A DNA stretch of 62,898 nt, the filler included, from Octopus bimaculoides (lineage: Eukaryota): assembly GCF_001194135.2 (NCBI RefSeq). It is 4 parts of 4 records of this genome, joined end to end, with 100 filler letters (N's around TTAATTAATTAA, not from the genome) between each part and the next. Parts side by side here need not be neighbours in the genome. Positions count along the whole stretch, not along the records: positions 33,869 to 40,287 come from NC_068981.1; positions 40,388 to 62,898 come from NC_069006.1; 2 more parts are not named here. One strand, written 5' to 3'. The notes under the pieces were generated by a model that made no database searches, was not told the origin of the DNA, and saw nothing but the letters and a program-made list of their open reading frames with translations. Position numbers and translations under genes: made by a program. Positions 36,101 through 49,524 of this stretch are shown piece by piece. The first letter of the stretch is position 1. Every line of letters starts with the position of its first letter.

Positions 36101-38250
36101 TTTCCCAAACGTCAATTACATTATATTATCTTAAAAACAATTTTACTGATGTCAAACCTTCTGCATACTTCGGACAACATTTTTCAATGTGGCTAATGGC
36201 AAGAAATTGATTATACTTTTACATAGGTAGGGCGCACAATGAGGAGTTTTTATTGCATTTTTGACTTATAGAAGAAATATATTTTTTTACAAATGTTCAC
36301 AACCTTACAAAAACTATATCAGCTAAAGCAAATGATTTTCTCTAAATGCATTAAAAACATTATAACATAATCTGAACACTATTTCAAAAAATTATCATCG
36401 TTCTCTTTGAGCATATAAAAGATGAATTTAGCCAAGTCAGATGAGTAAACCAAGGTAAGGTAAATTTGCCTCTTCAATTTTCCAGAACTACGTTTGAAAA
36501 CAGACTCATACATACCAATAATCATCCTGAAAGATCAGAAATGCAACAAAAATTTAGAAGATCGAGTTCAAATAAAAGTGGATCGTGGGAAAATAGCACA
36601 TGATATGAAATTAACGAAACTCGACTAAATAAAATAAACACTCGACATAAAATATTCTCAATAGCTTCTTTCACGATCTGCTGCAGTGGCTCTCTTCCCG
36701 ATATATGCACCGTGCAGTTAAAGAGAAGAAATTATTATTGAAACTAGTCATGGCTCATTTTATCCCACATTAGATATTATTTTTTGGAAATTGAAAATTA
36801 TCAAACTAGACATTAGTGTGGGGAAAAATTGACTTGGAATCCAATAGAGAAAAGAATATTGATTGTGAAATACCAACAATTATCCAGATATTTTATTAAC
36901 AACCTCAACAACAATCGGGTCAAAGTTGAGAAAAAATTTCTTGAAAAAAGTGCTTGTCACGTGACTATGTTCTAAACTCTGTCAACTTCAACAACAAGAA
37001 CTATGCTGACCAATTCTTACTCCTAATGATGATGCAATATTTGCAATGTAATAGTTTCAAACAGGTAGGGAGAAAATAACAAGAAATCAGAAATTACTAC
37101 TAATTTTAATTTAAAGGGTGATAGAAACTGACCATGGTGTTGCGAGCTGGAGGCATCCGTTTTAAACCTCAAGGTCTTGGAAGACTACGTACCTCAATGA
37201 CAACTGCAACTGGCTTAGTAATTATTCGATATAAGAATATTCCTTTTCAGATACATAAAGGACATTCCACTAACTTATACTATCATATAACTGAATATTT
37301 TATACGAATCTAAACTAGGTGTAAAGTAAATATTCTGCATGAAAATGTCTTATAGTGTTAATACGAGAGTTGGTGACACCCAGAATATTCCATTCCAAGT
37401 GTAATTCTGCACCTTACCTCTAATTGAATCTGCATTTCACAACGATGCATGTCAGCATTTCTAAAGTCAAGAACACATGACAAATTTTTTTTTCTCATAA
37501 TTTCTCAACTTCTCAGCACGTGATATCAACACAGCTTTTAGATATTTTCAGTTTTATCCTACTCTATATTTCCTCATATTCATCATGAAATTGCCTGAAG
37601 ATTTGAATTAAGTAATCTAATGACGAAACAGCGACATCATCTGGATCTTTGTGTGCGTCTTCCGTTTCATTCAGGATATGAGAAATGGAGGAAAAATATT
37701 TTTTTTAATGTATAAAAGTATTTTAATTCGAAATAAAGATTTAACTTCAACCCTTAAGACAAGAGACTGAAGCTGAACCAACCTGGAGCGCTGGATAACG
37801 TAACATACAACTTATGAACGTGCCTGCTGCTTCCAAAATATTAAAACCATTGCTGGAATAGTTTTCATTAATGTTTTTACATTTAATCAAGTTTATTCGA
37901 CATGTTTAAATAAAACTAGTGATTTACTACAAAATACGAACATACCAAAATTTGCAGAGTAAAATATTTGAAAATTGAGAAATAATCAATAGGATCAGTG
38001 TCGTTCACAAACATTACAAAGGTTGGAACAGCTTAATTTAGATAAAATAAATCAAATCGCGTGAATGATTATTGATAGCGTAAGAAAAACAGTGTAAGAA
38101 AAATCCGAGTAGTCTGTATATAATGCGCTGATATTTTAAAGAAGAAAAAAAGCAAAACGTCTCCCCAAGCATCGAGTACGAAGTACACAACAGCAAAGTT
38201 TCCTTTAATTTTTAGTTGTCAGTGTGTACAAAGATCTTGCTGAGCAAATT

Positions 38251-38720
38251 GGATCTTTTTTAAAACGGGGGCCACATTTTTCATTAACGAAACACTTTGA
38301 AACTTGGAACACTGGTAGAATGTGTCATATAAAACATCTTTTTCTCTTAGTCTTCTTAAAAAAAAAAAGAAATCCATAAATTATTCCATGTTAAAGTTGT
38401 CGTATTTCTGTAATTTCAACCAATCACTGACGTCCTAGGGTTAGGGTTAAAGCAAATTTAAAATGAAAAAAGCAAATAAAACGAAGAATCGTTTGTTTAT
38501 GTAGTCGGCACTTAATGTATATCGGCTGAATGGACGTCAGTGATTGGTTGAAATTATCGAAATAAGACAATTTTTTACATGAAATAAATTCGAATACAAA
38601 AATATTTTTCTGTTCTATAACACAAAATAGATAAGTATACGAAGTTTGAAAGTCTTTCGGTACCAAAAACACTACGTAAAACATTAATGAAAAATGTGGC
38701 CCCCGTTTTAAAAAAGATCC
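38251..38720. mobile_element. Merlin-like foldback non-autonomous element, copy 2 (shorter, different TIR variant)
   Basis: TIR ggatcttttttaaaacgggggccacattttt / aaaaatgtggcccccgttttaaaaaagatcc; perfect 8-bp TSD agcaaatt (38243-38250 and 38721-38728); interior homologous to 17956-18734 in the opposite orientation. Confidence 0.85.
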
Positions 38721-41206
38721 AGCAAATTTGCTTTCTCTGGTGGTAAAAGTATCTACACATTAAATTATTAACTGCTCCATTATTTTAAGCAACTGAACTT
38801 TTTATGCAAATTAATTTCTTTAGTACCTCGGTTACATGCACTCAACTTAGCGCAATATGATTCTCGATTCTTTACTTCTTTTTTCTATAACGTCTTCTGG
38901 AGCCGCAGATTTACATAAGATTTTCTGTTGTCCTGGAGTGACTCGTTTATGACACTGTTACATCTGAGAACGTACTATTTTGGGGGAATTTAAAATCACA
39001 ATTTTGTCTCTTCCTCATGCCAAACTTAACAAGATCCCTTAACCCCTCGTGCGTCTCACTGTCATCTACCATCGTTTCTTATCACTATTAGTGTATGCTT
39101 CTAGAATACTCAGTATTTCCCCCATTACATTTGTATCTTCAGATGTGACATCTCCAAGAGATTCTGTGTAATCGATTTAAAATTCGAACCGTGCTCTAAT
39201 TAATTTAGAAATGATTATTTTCCTTACAATAACTGCCGCCAGGGCATACCATGTGTTGAAATTACGTTGGCTGTGAATTCTAAATATATCCACACAAACT
39301 GACGATGATACGTGTCTAAAGAAATACCTTTTCTAACATAACAAAAGATAAAGTACTACGGAATAGCAGTTTCGGACTATTATCTACGTAAAAGCGGCTT
39401 GCAAAACTCGTTCATAGTGAAGATTATGATAGGAACATTAAAAACTCTTTCACAAGGTAGAAATCTCTGGAAACAATTTATCCATATGTCGGACTTGCCT
39501 ACTTTTTTTCTCACTCAATTACAGAACTATTGACGATCAATGAAGAAACTAAAAAAAGAGAATACACATTCTATTAATGTCATCTAAACTGTCTCGTTTC
39601 GTAAAATGTTTAATTCGGCGTAATTTATTTGCTTAGGGTTATGTTATGCTGATGATTTCAAAACAAGATGAAATGGTACTATACATGACTACCTGCAACT
39701 CTAAAATTTAAGATCTTTGTAATGAGTATAAAAAAATAAGGAGTGGCTATAGGCGCAAGAGTGGTCGTGTGGTGAATAGCTTGATTACCAACCACATGGT
39801 TCCGGGTTCAGTCCCACTGCATGGCACCTTGGGAAAGTGTCTTCTCCTATAGCCTCGAGCCAACCAAAGCCTTGTGAGTGGACTTGGTAGACGGAAACTG
39901 AAAGAAGCTCATCGAATATATGTGTGTGTCTGTATTTATCCCTCCAGCATCACTTGACAACCGATGCTGGTGTGTTTACGATTTGCTCGACTAAAGGCGG
40001 TGCTCCAGCATGGCTGCAGTCAAATGACTGAAACAAAAAAAAAACTCATCGTCTTCGTTATTCTTCGATTTAAAATTCAAACTTCTAACCTCACCATGAT
40101 TAATCTAGAAATGATTATCTCCCTTACAATAACTGCCGCCATGGCTTGTCACGTTTTTCAAACGCATGAGATGTTTGTTATTTAAACACAGCCAAGGACT
40201 GACCTGACGACTTTGAATATAATTGCAATGAAATATGATATATTACAGGGAATATAATAGTTTCTCATTCAGTACAAGCCAGTATTTNNNNNNNNNNNNN
40301 NNNNNNNNNNNNNNNNNNNNNNNNNNNNNNNTTAATTAATTAANNNNNNNNNNNNNNNNNNNNNNNNNNNNNNNNNNNNNNNNNNNNATAAATACAGCAT
40401 ATGTTTTTATGATCTACTAATAATTTTATATGATGAAAACGACAAAGTCAGCATTTTTATAAGTTTAGTGTCTTCACGCAATTCTCGGGCTCTGTCTACA
40501 AAGCAAAAACAGGATGACAGAATAAAAGAAAAGCGAGAAGGAAGTAGATGTAAAAGATGGACGGTTGAAAACCCCCGGGAGACGAAAATGAAAAAAAAAA
40601 AAAAAAAAAACGGGGAAGAATTGGAGCTATATCTTGTTTGACCATAAAATCATAGGGCCAAAGAATAGTTGTTTTTAGATCTAAGAACTCCACCGCACTG
40701 CTAAATTCCAGATCTGAACTTTTTCAATTGTATTTTCCGGTATTTTCAATCTTCCATCTTTTACATCTATTTTCTTCTCGCCTTTTCTCGTATTGCTTCA
40801 GGTTGTTGTCCATGTTGGCAGAGCTTGAGGTTTGTGTTTTATTCTTTTGTTTTACGTTTTATTCATGGCTGTTTTATCGTTTTTTTTTATTTTATTTAAC
40901 GTATTTCATTATCAGTGCAGAGCATGTTTGATTTTCTTATTTATTTAAAACTTATTTCATTTTTATTCTTTGTAAATCAATTTGTTCACCATTTTAACTC
41001 GAGTTTTCTCGTGTATGCGAGTAGCTACAAACTCCTCCTCAAATGTAGTCTAATCAAAATAACCGAAACGGATTTTTAAAGAATGAGTTACAAAAAATAC
41101 ATTTGCACCGAATGATGCACCACGACTATTTGCACAGTATCTCACATGTGAGAGACTGCTGCACGATGGGTGAAAACGATCGTAGTGATTAATAAAGGGT
41201 CCAGAT

Positions 41207-41434
41207 GGACTATATGTGATCTGAACCCTTCCCCCCTTATTTATTATTTTTTTTTTTGGAATCCCACGTTTTAGGCTATGGAGATTCCCATTCTGAAAAA
41301 AAATTTTCAAAATTGAATTTGAGATTTTTGAAAATTTTTTTTTCAGAATCGGAATCTCCATAGCCTAAAACGTGGGATTCCGTAAAAAAAATAAATAAAT
41401 AAGGGGGGAGAAAGGTTCAGATTACATATAGTCC
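41207..41434. repeat. Near-perfect 228-bp palindrome
   Basis: ggactatatgtgatctgaacc...ggaatcccacgttttaggctatggagattc...ttttcaaaatt is mirrored by atttttgaaaa...gaatctccatagcctaaaacgtgggattcc...ggttcagattacatatagtcc. Confidence 0.9.
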
Positions 41435-41492
41435 GTTTCCGCCTAATAAAGAATCTCGCGAATTCCATTTACATTCTCTTTCTCTCATCTGT

Positions 41493-41546
<54 letters not shown>

Positions 41547-41548
<2 letters not shown>

Positions 41549-42368
41549 AAGTCTGATCAATAAGTATCCGGACTGTTGTCAGAGTAACGAAACGAAAGTG
41601 CATGAGCATTATTATTTTTTAACGTTATAGCACGCTTCCGTGTTTACAGCAGTGCTTTGAAGGAAGGTGTGTAGCGTGTGATCGTCGCATTGACCATGAC
41701 AGAGAAATTTGTCATGGCGGTACCTGCTCAGAGGCCCACGCAAAATTGCAGAAAGTGTATGGAGAGGAGTGTATGAGCCACGCACAAGTGTACAAGTTGT
41801 TCAGAAGTTTCCAAGATGGCCGAAAAAATGTCAATATTGACGAACATTCTGGGAGACCCACAACCAGCAGAACTGAGAAAAACATTCGCAGATGTGCGTG
41901 TAGCTGTAAGGGGAGATTGTTGAATCACTCATCCGTGAGTTATCAGAGGATGTTCAGTTTAGTTACGATCCAGTTCAGTCCATTATCACTGAAGATTTGG
42001 GTATGAGACACATGTCTGCCAACTTTGTGCCAAAACTGCTTTTAGCTGACCAAAAAGACACTCAGGTTTCAGTTGTACAAGTTGCCCTTCAGTAAAAACT
42101 TTGCATAGGCTTCTGAGCAGGTATCGCCACGCTTTTGGCAAAATTTGATGCAAATTCTCTGCTCAACTTTCTATGTCATAATGTGACAATCACACGCTAC
42201 ACATGTTCCTACGAAGCATTGCTGTAAACAGCGGAAGTGAGCTAGAATGTTAAACTTAGTGCGTATTCACAGCGGAGTTTGAGGTCAGTCTGTACCAAGT
42301 GGCTTTACTCTACATGCTTTAGCTTCGTTACTATGGCAACAGTCCGGATACTTATTGATCAGACCACT
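41547..42368 (+). mobile_element. Internally deleted mariner element
   Basis: About 32-bp TIRs caaagtctgatcaataagtatccggactgttg / caacagtccggatacttattgatcagaccact with TA on both sides. Residual HTH region QKVYGEECMSHAQVYKLFRSFQDGRKNVNIDEHSGRPTTSRTEKN and LGMRHVSANFVPKLL; the catalytic DD(34)D region is missing. Confidence 0.9.
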
Positions 42369-43071
42369 TATATCTATATCTATAAAAGGCAGGATGTGTG
42401 TGTGTGTGTACATGAATGTATTTTATGTACATCCACAAATTAAAACGCATGTCTAATATTTGTGTGTCTGAGTTTGTCCCCCCCCCCCACCGAACATCAC
42501 TTGACAACCGATGCTAGTGTGTTTACATCCTCGTAACTTTGCGATTCAGTGAAAGAGACCGATAGAATAAGTACTTGGCTTACAAAGTATAATTCCTGGC
42601 ACCGATTCACTTGACTAAAGGCAGTGCCCCAGTATGACTGCAGTCAAGTGACTGAAACAAGAAGTAATAGAGTAAAAAAAAAAAAAAACGATGAAAGAAT
42701 ATACTCATTTTTTTAGTTCTATATGTGTGTTTGTGCTTGTGGCTGAATGTTATTCCAAACACTAACTACTTTACAAATATACTGAGTGTACTGGCTTCCT
42801 CACACGTGCCAAGCAGATAAAATTCTCTACCACTTCATATACAATTCGATCATGAGAGATTTCTGGATTACTCAAGAAGGAAGTAGGTTGCAGTCGATTG
42901 GTATTTCTCTGAAAATAATATCAAGTTTAACAGAGAAGTAGATGCTAGTTCCTCTACCATATTCCATTTAACACTTTATATATCTACTTTCATTCTTAAC
43001 ATCTTCTCGTATATGCCGTCACATTTCTCTCATTATACCTATCCCTCAGTACTCTTATATCTCTTTCATGA

Positions 43072-43300
43072 AGGTGTGTGGCTTAGTGGTTAGGGTGTTG
43101 GACTCATGTTTGTAAAATTGCAGTTTCAATTCCTGGACCAGGTGATGCATTTTGTTCTTGAGCAAAACTCTTCATTTCATGTTGGTCCAGTCCACTTAGC
43201 TGGTAAAAATGTGTAATTCGGCAAAAGACCAGTGTTCCATCCAGGTTGGGGATATATATGTCATGAAACTGGCAAACTGGCTGCTTCAGATGCCAAGAAA
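43072..43300 (+). mobile_element. tRNA-headed SINE with a CORE-like block
   Basis: gtggcttagtggttagggtgttggactc ... ttcttgagcaaaactcttcatttcatgttggtccagtccacttagctgg; homologous to 46200-46365(-). Confidence 0.65.
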
Positions 43301-43578
43301 GCAAAAATTGCCAAAGTGTAGTACAACGGTTTTGCTATGGAATGGTGAAACTATTTTTTTGTTTTCTGAAAATGCAGCATTTTGAACTTACACCACTTTT
43401 GCATAACAGCAATGCCATGTAGAATAGAGAATAGAAAAACAAATTTTACAAATAGTTTTAGATTTGACTATACTTAACAGCTTGTTTCATTGGCAGCGTA
43501 GGATTTTAATGACTTTGAACTTTTAAGTACTACAGATTTATATTTTCTGTATGTTTAGGCTCACACACACGCACACAT

Positions 43579-43620
<42 letters not shown>

Positions 43621-43630
43621 NNNNNNNNNN

Positions 43631-43675
<45 letters not shown>

Positions 43676-44517
43676 GTACTCATTATTTAGTTCTTAATTA
43701 TTTAACTGTCATCATTGTCAGACTTCATTTTACAGAACTCTAGAACTCCATCTGTGACCACACAGCAGTCATATGTGATTATTCACCCAAACAATTGCAA
43801 TATCAGGCAGTTGTTGCAACATTATTGATACCTGAACAAGCTATGTTTGTATAGGTACTTTATATATAACCTATATAATACTTGTATAGTCAGAGCTAAC
43901 TCAGCTGTTTCTCTGTGGATTGAAAATAATGATGAATAAACTCAATCGATTTTCAAATTTAATTCTGATGAGAGGTGTTGTCTACATTGATTTCCCCAAT
44001 TCCAGAGAAACAAGCAGCCAATCTGTTTATATACTCAACAATTACAGTAGCTCCTGAAAACTGGATATATATACACATGTGTGTATATATATATATATAT
44101 ATATGTATATATCATCATCATCGTTTAATGTCTGCTGGCATGGGTTAGATGGTTTGACTGAAAGTGGTAAGCTGGAGAGCTGCACCAAGTTCCAGTCTGG
44201 TTTGGCATGGTTTCTATGGCTGGATGCCCTCCTGAATGCCAACTACTCCAAGAGTTTAATGGATTCTTTTTACATGCTACCTGCATCGGTACCAGTTACA
44301 TGACACTGGCATTGGTCACAACTATGATTTTACTGGGGTTGACAAGTATCCACACAAATGCAGGTGTGGTTGTGTGGTAAGAAGTTTTCTTCCCAACCAC
44401 ATGGTTTTTGGTTCAGTCCCACTGTATGGCACCTTGGGTAAGTGTCTTCTACTATAGCCTTTGACCAACCAAAACCTTATGAATAGATTTGGTAGATGGA
44501 AACTGAAAGGGGTTTGT

Positions 44518-44554
<37 letters not shown>

Positions 44555-45348
44555 GTATATTTTTATATGTATATATATAGCTATTATATCTATATATATA
44601 TATATAGCTATGTGTGTCTGTGTTTGTCCTCCCCACCACCACTTGACAACTGGTGTTGGTGTATTTATGTCATTGTAACTTGGCAGTTCACCAAAAGACA
44701 TCAATAAAATAAGTAAAATTCTTCAAGGTAGTGTCCCAGCATGGCCATAGCCTAATGGCTGAAGCATGTAAAAGATAAAAGGTAAAAGGCATGTTGATCC
44801 CTTAAATTCAGCCTTAAAAAATGGTCTGTAAAACATGACCGTTATTATATAAAGATGGTGTACATAGTGAGGGAAATTTGGCAGCTGTTTCTTGCAGATT
44901 AAGGTTTTACCATTGAATTGTGAATTGTAGAATGAAGAGTACTTGGGGCCAGTGTGAAAGGAGACAATAAAGGAGTTGTCCAAAGGATTATGGAATGAAA
45001 GAATGAAAACAAAGCAAAACGGTTTTGTAAAAGACAGTTTTTTTTTTCTTCTTTATTTGCCACTGTAAGAATATAAAGTTAAATAAAACCAGCCTGAATG
45101 TCTATATAATACTATAATATTGTGAAAAGTGTGTAGATGTATGCATAAGTATACAAATGCATACACGGTTGTGAATGTGAATGTATTATGTATATGTATG
45201 TATGCATGACAAAGTATGGATATAGATATATGTTTATTTGTGTATGTGTTTAAAGTATAATGTATATTAACTCACACTAGCATGCAACTCACTAATCTAA
45301 TATAAAACCATTTAAAAATGACTAAGCACCAGAATATAAATGTGTGCA

Positions 45349-45396
<48 letters not shown>

Positions 45397-45695
45397 CACA
45401 CACACATATATATATATATAGACACACATATATGTGTATGTATAAATGCATATAAGCGTGTATAGTTGTGTGTATATATATTTTGATTACAATGGAATAG
45501 TTACTGTGAACCATTGTGTAGAATATATTGTATAAAGGATCATGGGTAAGGCCAGAACAATGTGAAGTAAATGCAAGGCAAATCACAAGAAAACAAATAG
45601 ATGAATTAATGCAAGGTAATACATTAATTCATAGATTTGTTTTCTTGTGATTTGCCTTGCATTTACTTCACATTGTTCTGGCCTTNNNNNNNNNN

Positions 45696-45746
<51 letters not shown>

Positions 45747-45971
45747 AATCCATGAATGTACATATATGCATGTATATATACATACACACATAGAACTACA
45801 CTTTTATTGCTGATCTTATTTGGCTAAGTAATAGGAAAACACTGAAGTTCTGACGAAGCATTAATCATTACAAGCACTCACACAAACCACATATAATATA
45901 TACACATTCACACACATATATTATACATAAACATACACGCACATATATATTTAGACACATACATACACATA

Positions 45972-46013
<42 letters not shown>

Positions 46014-46065
46014 CATATATACAATGTGCACATACATGCCTATGTATGTACTGTCACTCAATTGT

Positions 46066-46365
46066 TCATGATGAGTGTTCGATTTGATGCAATCAACAAA
46101 ACAGCCTGTTCATGAAATTAATGTGTAAGTGGCTGAGCACTCCACAGACACATGTACCCTTAATATAGATTCTCAGGGAATCTCAGCATGACACAGACTG
46201 TGACAAGGCTGGCCCCTTTTGAATTACAGGTACAACTCATTTTTGCCAGCTGAGCGGACTGGAGCAACATGAAATAAAGTGTCTTGCTCAAGGACATAAT
46301 GCGCTGCCAGGAATTGAACTCATGACTTTGCTATCGTGAGCTGAATACCCTAACCACTGAGCCAC
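46066..46365 (-). mobile_element. tRNA-headed SINE with a CORE-like block
   Basis: Minus strand gtggctcagtggttagggtattcagctcacg ... gttcaattcc ... ccttgagcaagacactttatttcatgttgctccagtcc. Confidence 0.7.
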
Positions 46366-46417
46366 TCACTTTCACTCTATGCATATACATGCACTCGCAC
46401 ACACAAATGATATTCAT

Positions 46418-46450
<33 letters not shown>

Positions 46451-46812
46451 CGTATGTATGTATAAGTGTAAATATATATTTATAGGTATGTATATAATGT
46501 ACATGTGTATGTGAGTGTAAATATGCATATACATGCACTCACACACAGATGATATTTACACATATATTATACGGACAGAGACACATGGGCTCACAAATGC
46601 ACACACACACATTTATACACTACTGCTCAGGCAAGGAACAACGTCTGTATGAATAAAATGATAAATGTGAAAAACAAAATTTAAAAAACGGTAAATTGCA
46701 ATTTATAACCCTCAGCAGCACTGAGGTATGTCAGCAAAACCTTTGCAGTTACTTAAAATACCCGGAATTATCTACATTGTATTTTGGAAACCTCTCAAGC
46801 CAATATCTATAG

Positions 46813-47131
46813 CAGAGGTTCTCAACCATTATTTTATCTATGGACCCCTTTGATTACTATTTTACTCTGGTGGACCCCACAGCCATTCAGTGTTTAAAAA
46901 CTGGTTTTATAGAAACTTCTTTCAAAATTCCTATTTTGTTTTTCACCCTTAGGTGAATGTTAGAGAAAGAAACCTAGCTGCTTCTTTCAATACGTACATC
47001 TAAAGCAAAATTCTTTCATGAGTCCTTAAGATACTGTTGTGAATCTCCAATTTACTATTTTGTCACATGGACCTCCCAACAATCTTATATGAACCTTTAG
47101 GAGCCATATGGATCTTGGCTGAGAACCACTG
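46813..47131. mobile_element. hAT (Charlie-like) non-autonomous element, copy 2
   Basis: TIRs cagaggttctcaacc / gctgagaaccactg; perfect 8-bp TSD atctatag (46805-46812 and 47132-47139). Confidence 0.9.
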
Positions 47132-47430
47132 ATCTATAGCATTGGATACTGACACTAGGTCCATACATTTTGTCAATTGGTGCGAAGATTCAGATTGATA
47201 GGGCATAGTTGTATTAAGTGGGTACACCGATACTTGTACTACTACAACTACTTCAGTTTATTGCTGTTTATTTACATCTTCTGTCTGAAAAAGATTGAAT
47301 GTAATGTGAAATTCAGATAACTGATTTCCAGCAGAAATTTTAAGTCCCAAATATGGTATGGTAGAAATGTCACAAGCTGGAATATTACGAGATGTTCTGT
47401 TGTTTTTATAAGCTTTCAGGAGAATGTGAG

Positions 47431-47539
47431 TAGTGTATCTTGAAGCACACACATAAAGCTATAAGTAATAGCCATCAATTTTTCAACCCAAGACTAACAT
47501 GTTACTTATAGCTTTATGTGAATGCTTCAAGATACACTA
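47431..47539. mobile_element. Hairpin MITE, copy 1 (about 38-bp TIRs, 33-nt spacer)
   Basis: tagtgtatcttgaagcacacacataaagctataagtaa / ttacttatagctttatgtgaatgcttcaagatacacta. Confidence 0.8.
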
Positions 47540-47699
47540 TTCCAAATAAAAGTATTTCATGTTCTACTTTTTAATTTTTACCTTAAACCTGCCTAGTAAT
47601 TTGACCAAACATTGCCCTAGTCATAGTAATAAAAATAATAGCAATGATGATGATGATGATGATAATGTCTCAGAGATCAGCATGGGGCCATATATCATT

Positions 47700-48630
47700 T
47701 GTTTTTTAAAATTGATGATGTAATTCACTTTATGCTATTGTCCCCTTCCCTGATATCTGAGAGGAAACTGATCCCAGCAAGATTTGAACTCTACATCTGA
47801 AGGGATGTAACTGAATATCTCAAAGCAATTTTGTCAGGTGCTCTATTGCATATTTAGCCAACCTCCATCCCATTCTTTTCTGTATAATAACAAATCTGGT
47901 TTCTAACATAGGCTCAAGGCCATGCGTTTTTCAGGAGTAAAGGACAGTCAATTACATCAGCCCTTGACTGGTAGAGAGGGATTATATTAATCTGACAAAT
48001 GATAAAAGGCAAAAACTGGCCTAGGAACATAAAAGGTTGACTAGATACCACAAAACAATCTGTCCGATGCTCTACCACATATTCTGCCTACCCTTCATCT
48101 CACCCACCCTCTGTCAAACAACAAAAACAACAATAACAACAATATAATATTAATATTGAGGATATAAATATTCCTAACTTTTATATACAAGGCCACAAAT
48201 TTGCAGAGAAAGGGACACCCAGCTCCTCTTCCTGCAGTGCACCAAGACAGGTACATATTTTATTAAACCCCAGAAAGGTGAAAGGCAAAGTCGAGTCTAA
48301 TGGAATTTGAACTCAGGATATATGCAGAGGAGGAGGAGGGAAACTAAAGTAAACATGACAAGGCAATTAGTTTTATCATTACTGTTATTAATAAGGCAGT
48401 AAGCTGGCAGACTCGTTAGCGTTCTGAACGAAATGCTTAGCATATAATTTTTTCCGGAATTTTACATTCTGAGTGAGTTGAGTTCAAATACTGCTACGGT
48501 CAACTTTGCCTTTCATTCTTTCAGGGTGGGGGGGCGTCAATAAAATAAAGTACTGTTAAGTATTGGGGTTGATGTAATTGACTAACATCCGTCCCCTAAA
48601 ATTACTAGCCTTGTGTCAAAATTTGAAACC
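47700..48630. mobile_element. Cluster of four family C SINE copies (three minus, one plus)
   Basis: Core motifs near 47760, 48000, 48280 (minus) and 48500 (plus). Confidence 0.6.
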
Positions 48631-48652
48631 ATTATTATTATTTGTGCTTCCA

Positions 48653-48696
<44 letters not shown>

Positions 48697-49485
48697 AAAC
48701 TGGTTAGATTTTCTGTCAAGGGCTAACCATCAGGTCTGAGTCATCTTCAAACAAACAAAAAAACCTGTTTGCAGGACATGTGTAGAGCATGCATCTCTAG
48801 GCATTGAAGCCCTGCCCTGTTGTACAGATCCAGTGATATCAAGCTCACCACCATTGCTGCCACCAGAATCATAAGAGAATAGTTTCTAATTCTAGCAGAT
48901 CAGCTTACAGTCTAATCAGTCTGTAATCTGTCTGTTTAGTGATGATAAAAGCAATATTCTATCATATTTGTTATACCCGTGTGATAACATATGCAATATC
49001 CATGGTCCGTGGTAATGTGATATAATGTGATGTGATGAAATTTAACAACTGTACATGTGCTAATTGTTGCACAACAAAAGCCTCAAAATATTTAAAACTC
49101 AATGGTTCATGTCACTAAGTAAAACAAGAGGTCTCTGGCTTATTATAAGACCCGGTGGTTTGAACTAATGTGTCTGAGAACCCAGTGGTCATGAGTTCAA
49201 TCTTCATTGACATACTGCTAACAAAATAATATTTTATAATTTTTTTTTTGTTAAGGTAGTGCACCAGCTTGGTCTCAACCGACTGACTGAAACTGGTAAA
49301 AAACAAAAACAAAAACCCAGTAAAGAATATTTGACTGGCTGGCAAGTAATGAAGTCGACCTTAACTGTTTCAAGCATGATTTATGACTTGTGGTGGTGTT
49401 TTTTCGCCCGCTTTCATACTCTCCCACCAGTCTCAAAGACCCTGCCAAAAAATGGTTGTGGTACTGCCCCGCCTCCTTTCATTAA

Positions 49486-49524
<39 letters not shown>

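Noticed and set aside
39176-40152. About 80-bp diverged direct repeat (39176-39255 and 40069-40152)
   Set aside because: No LTR termini, primer-binding site or coding interior; a SINE lies between them. Probably an old small duplication or repeat fragments.
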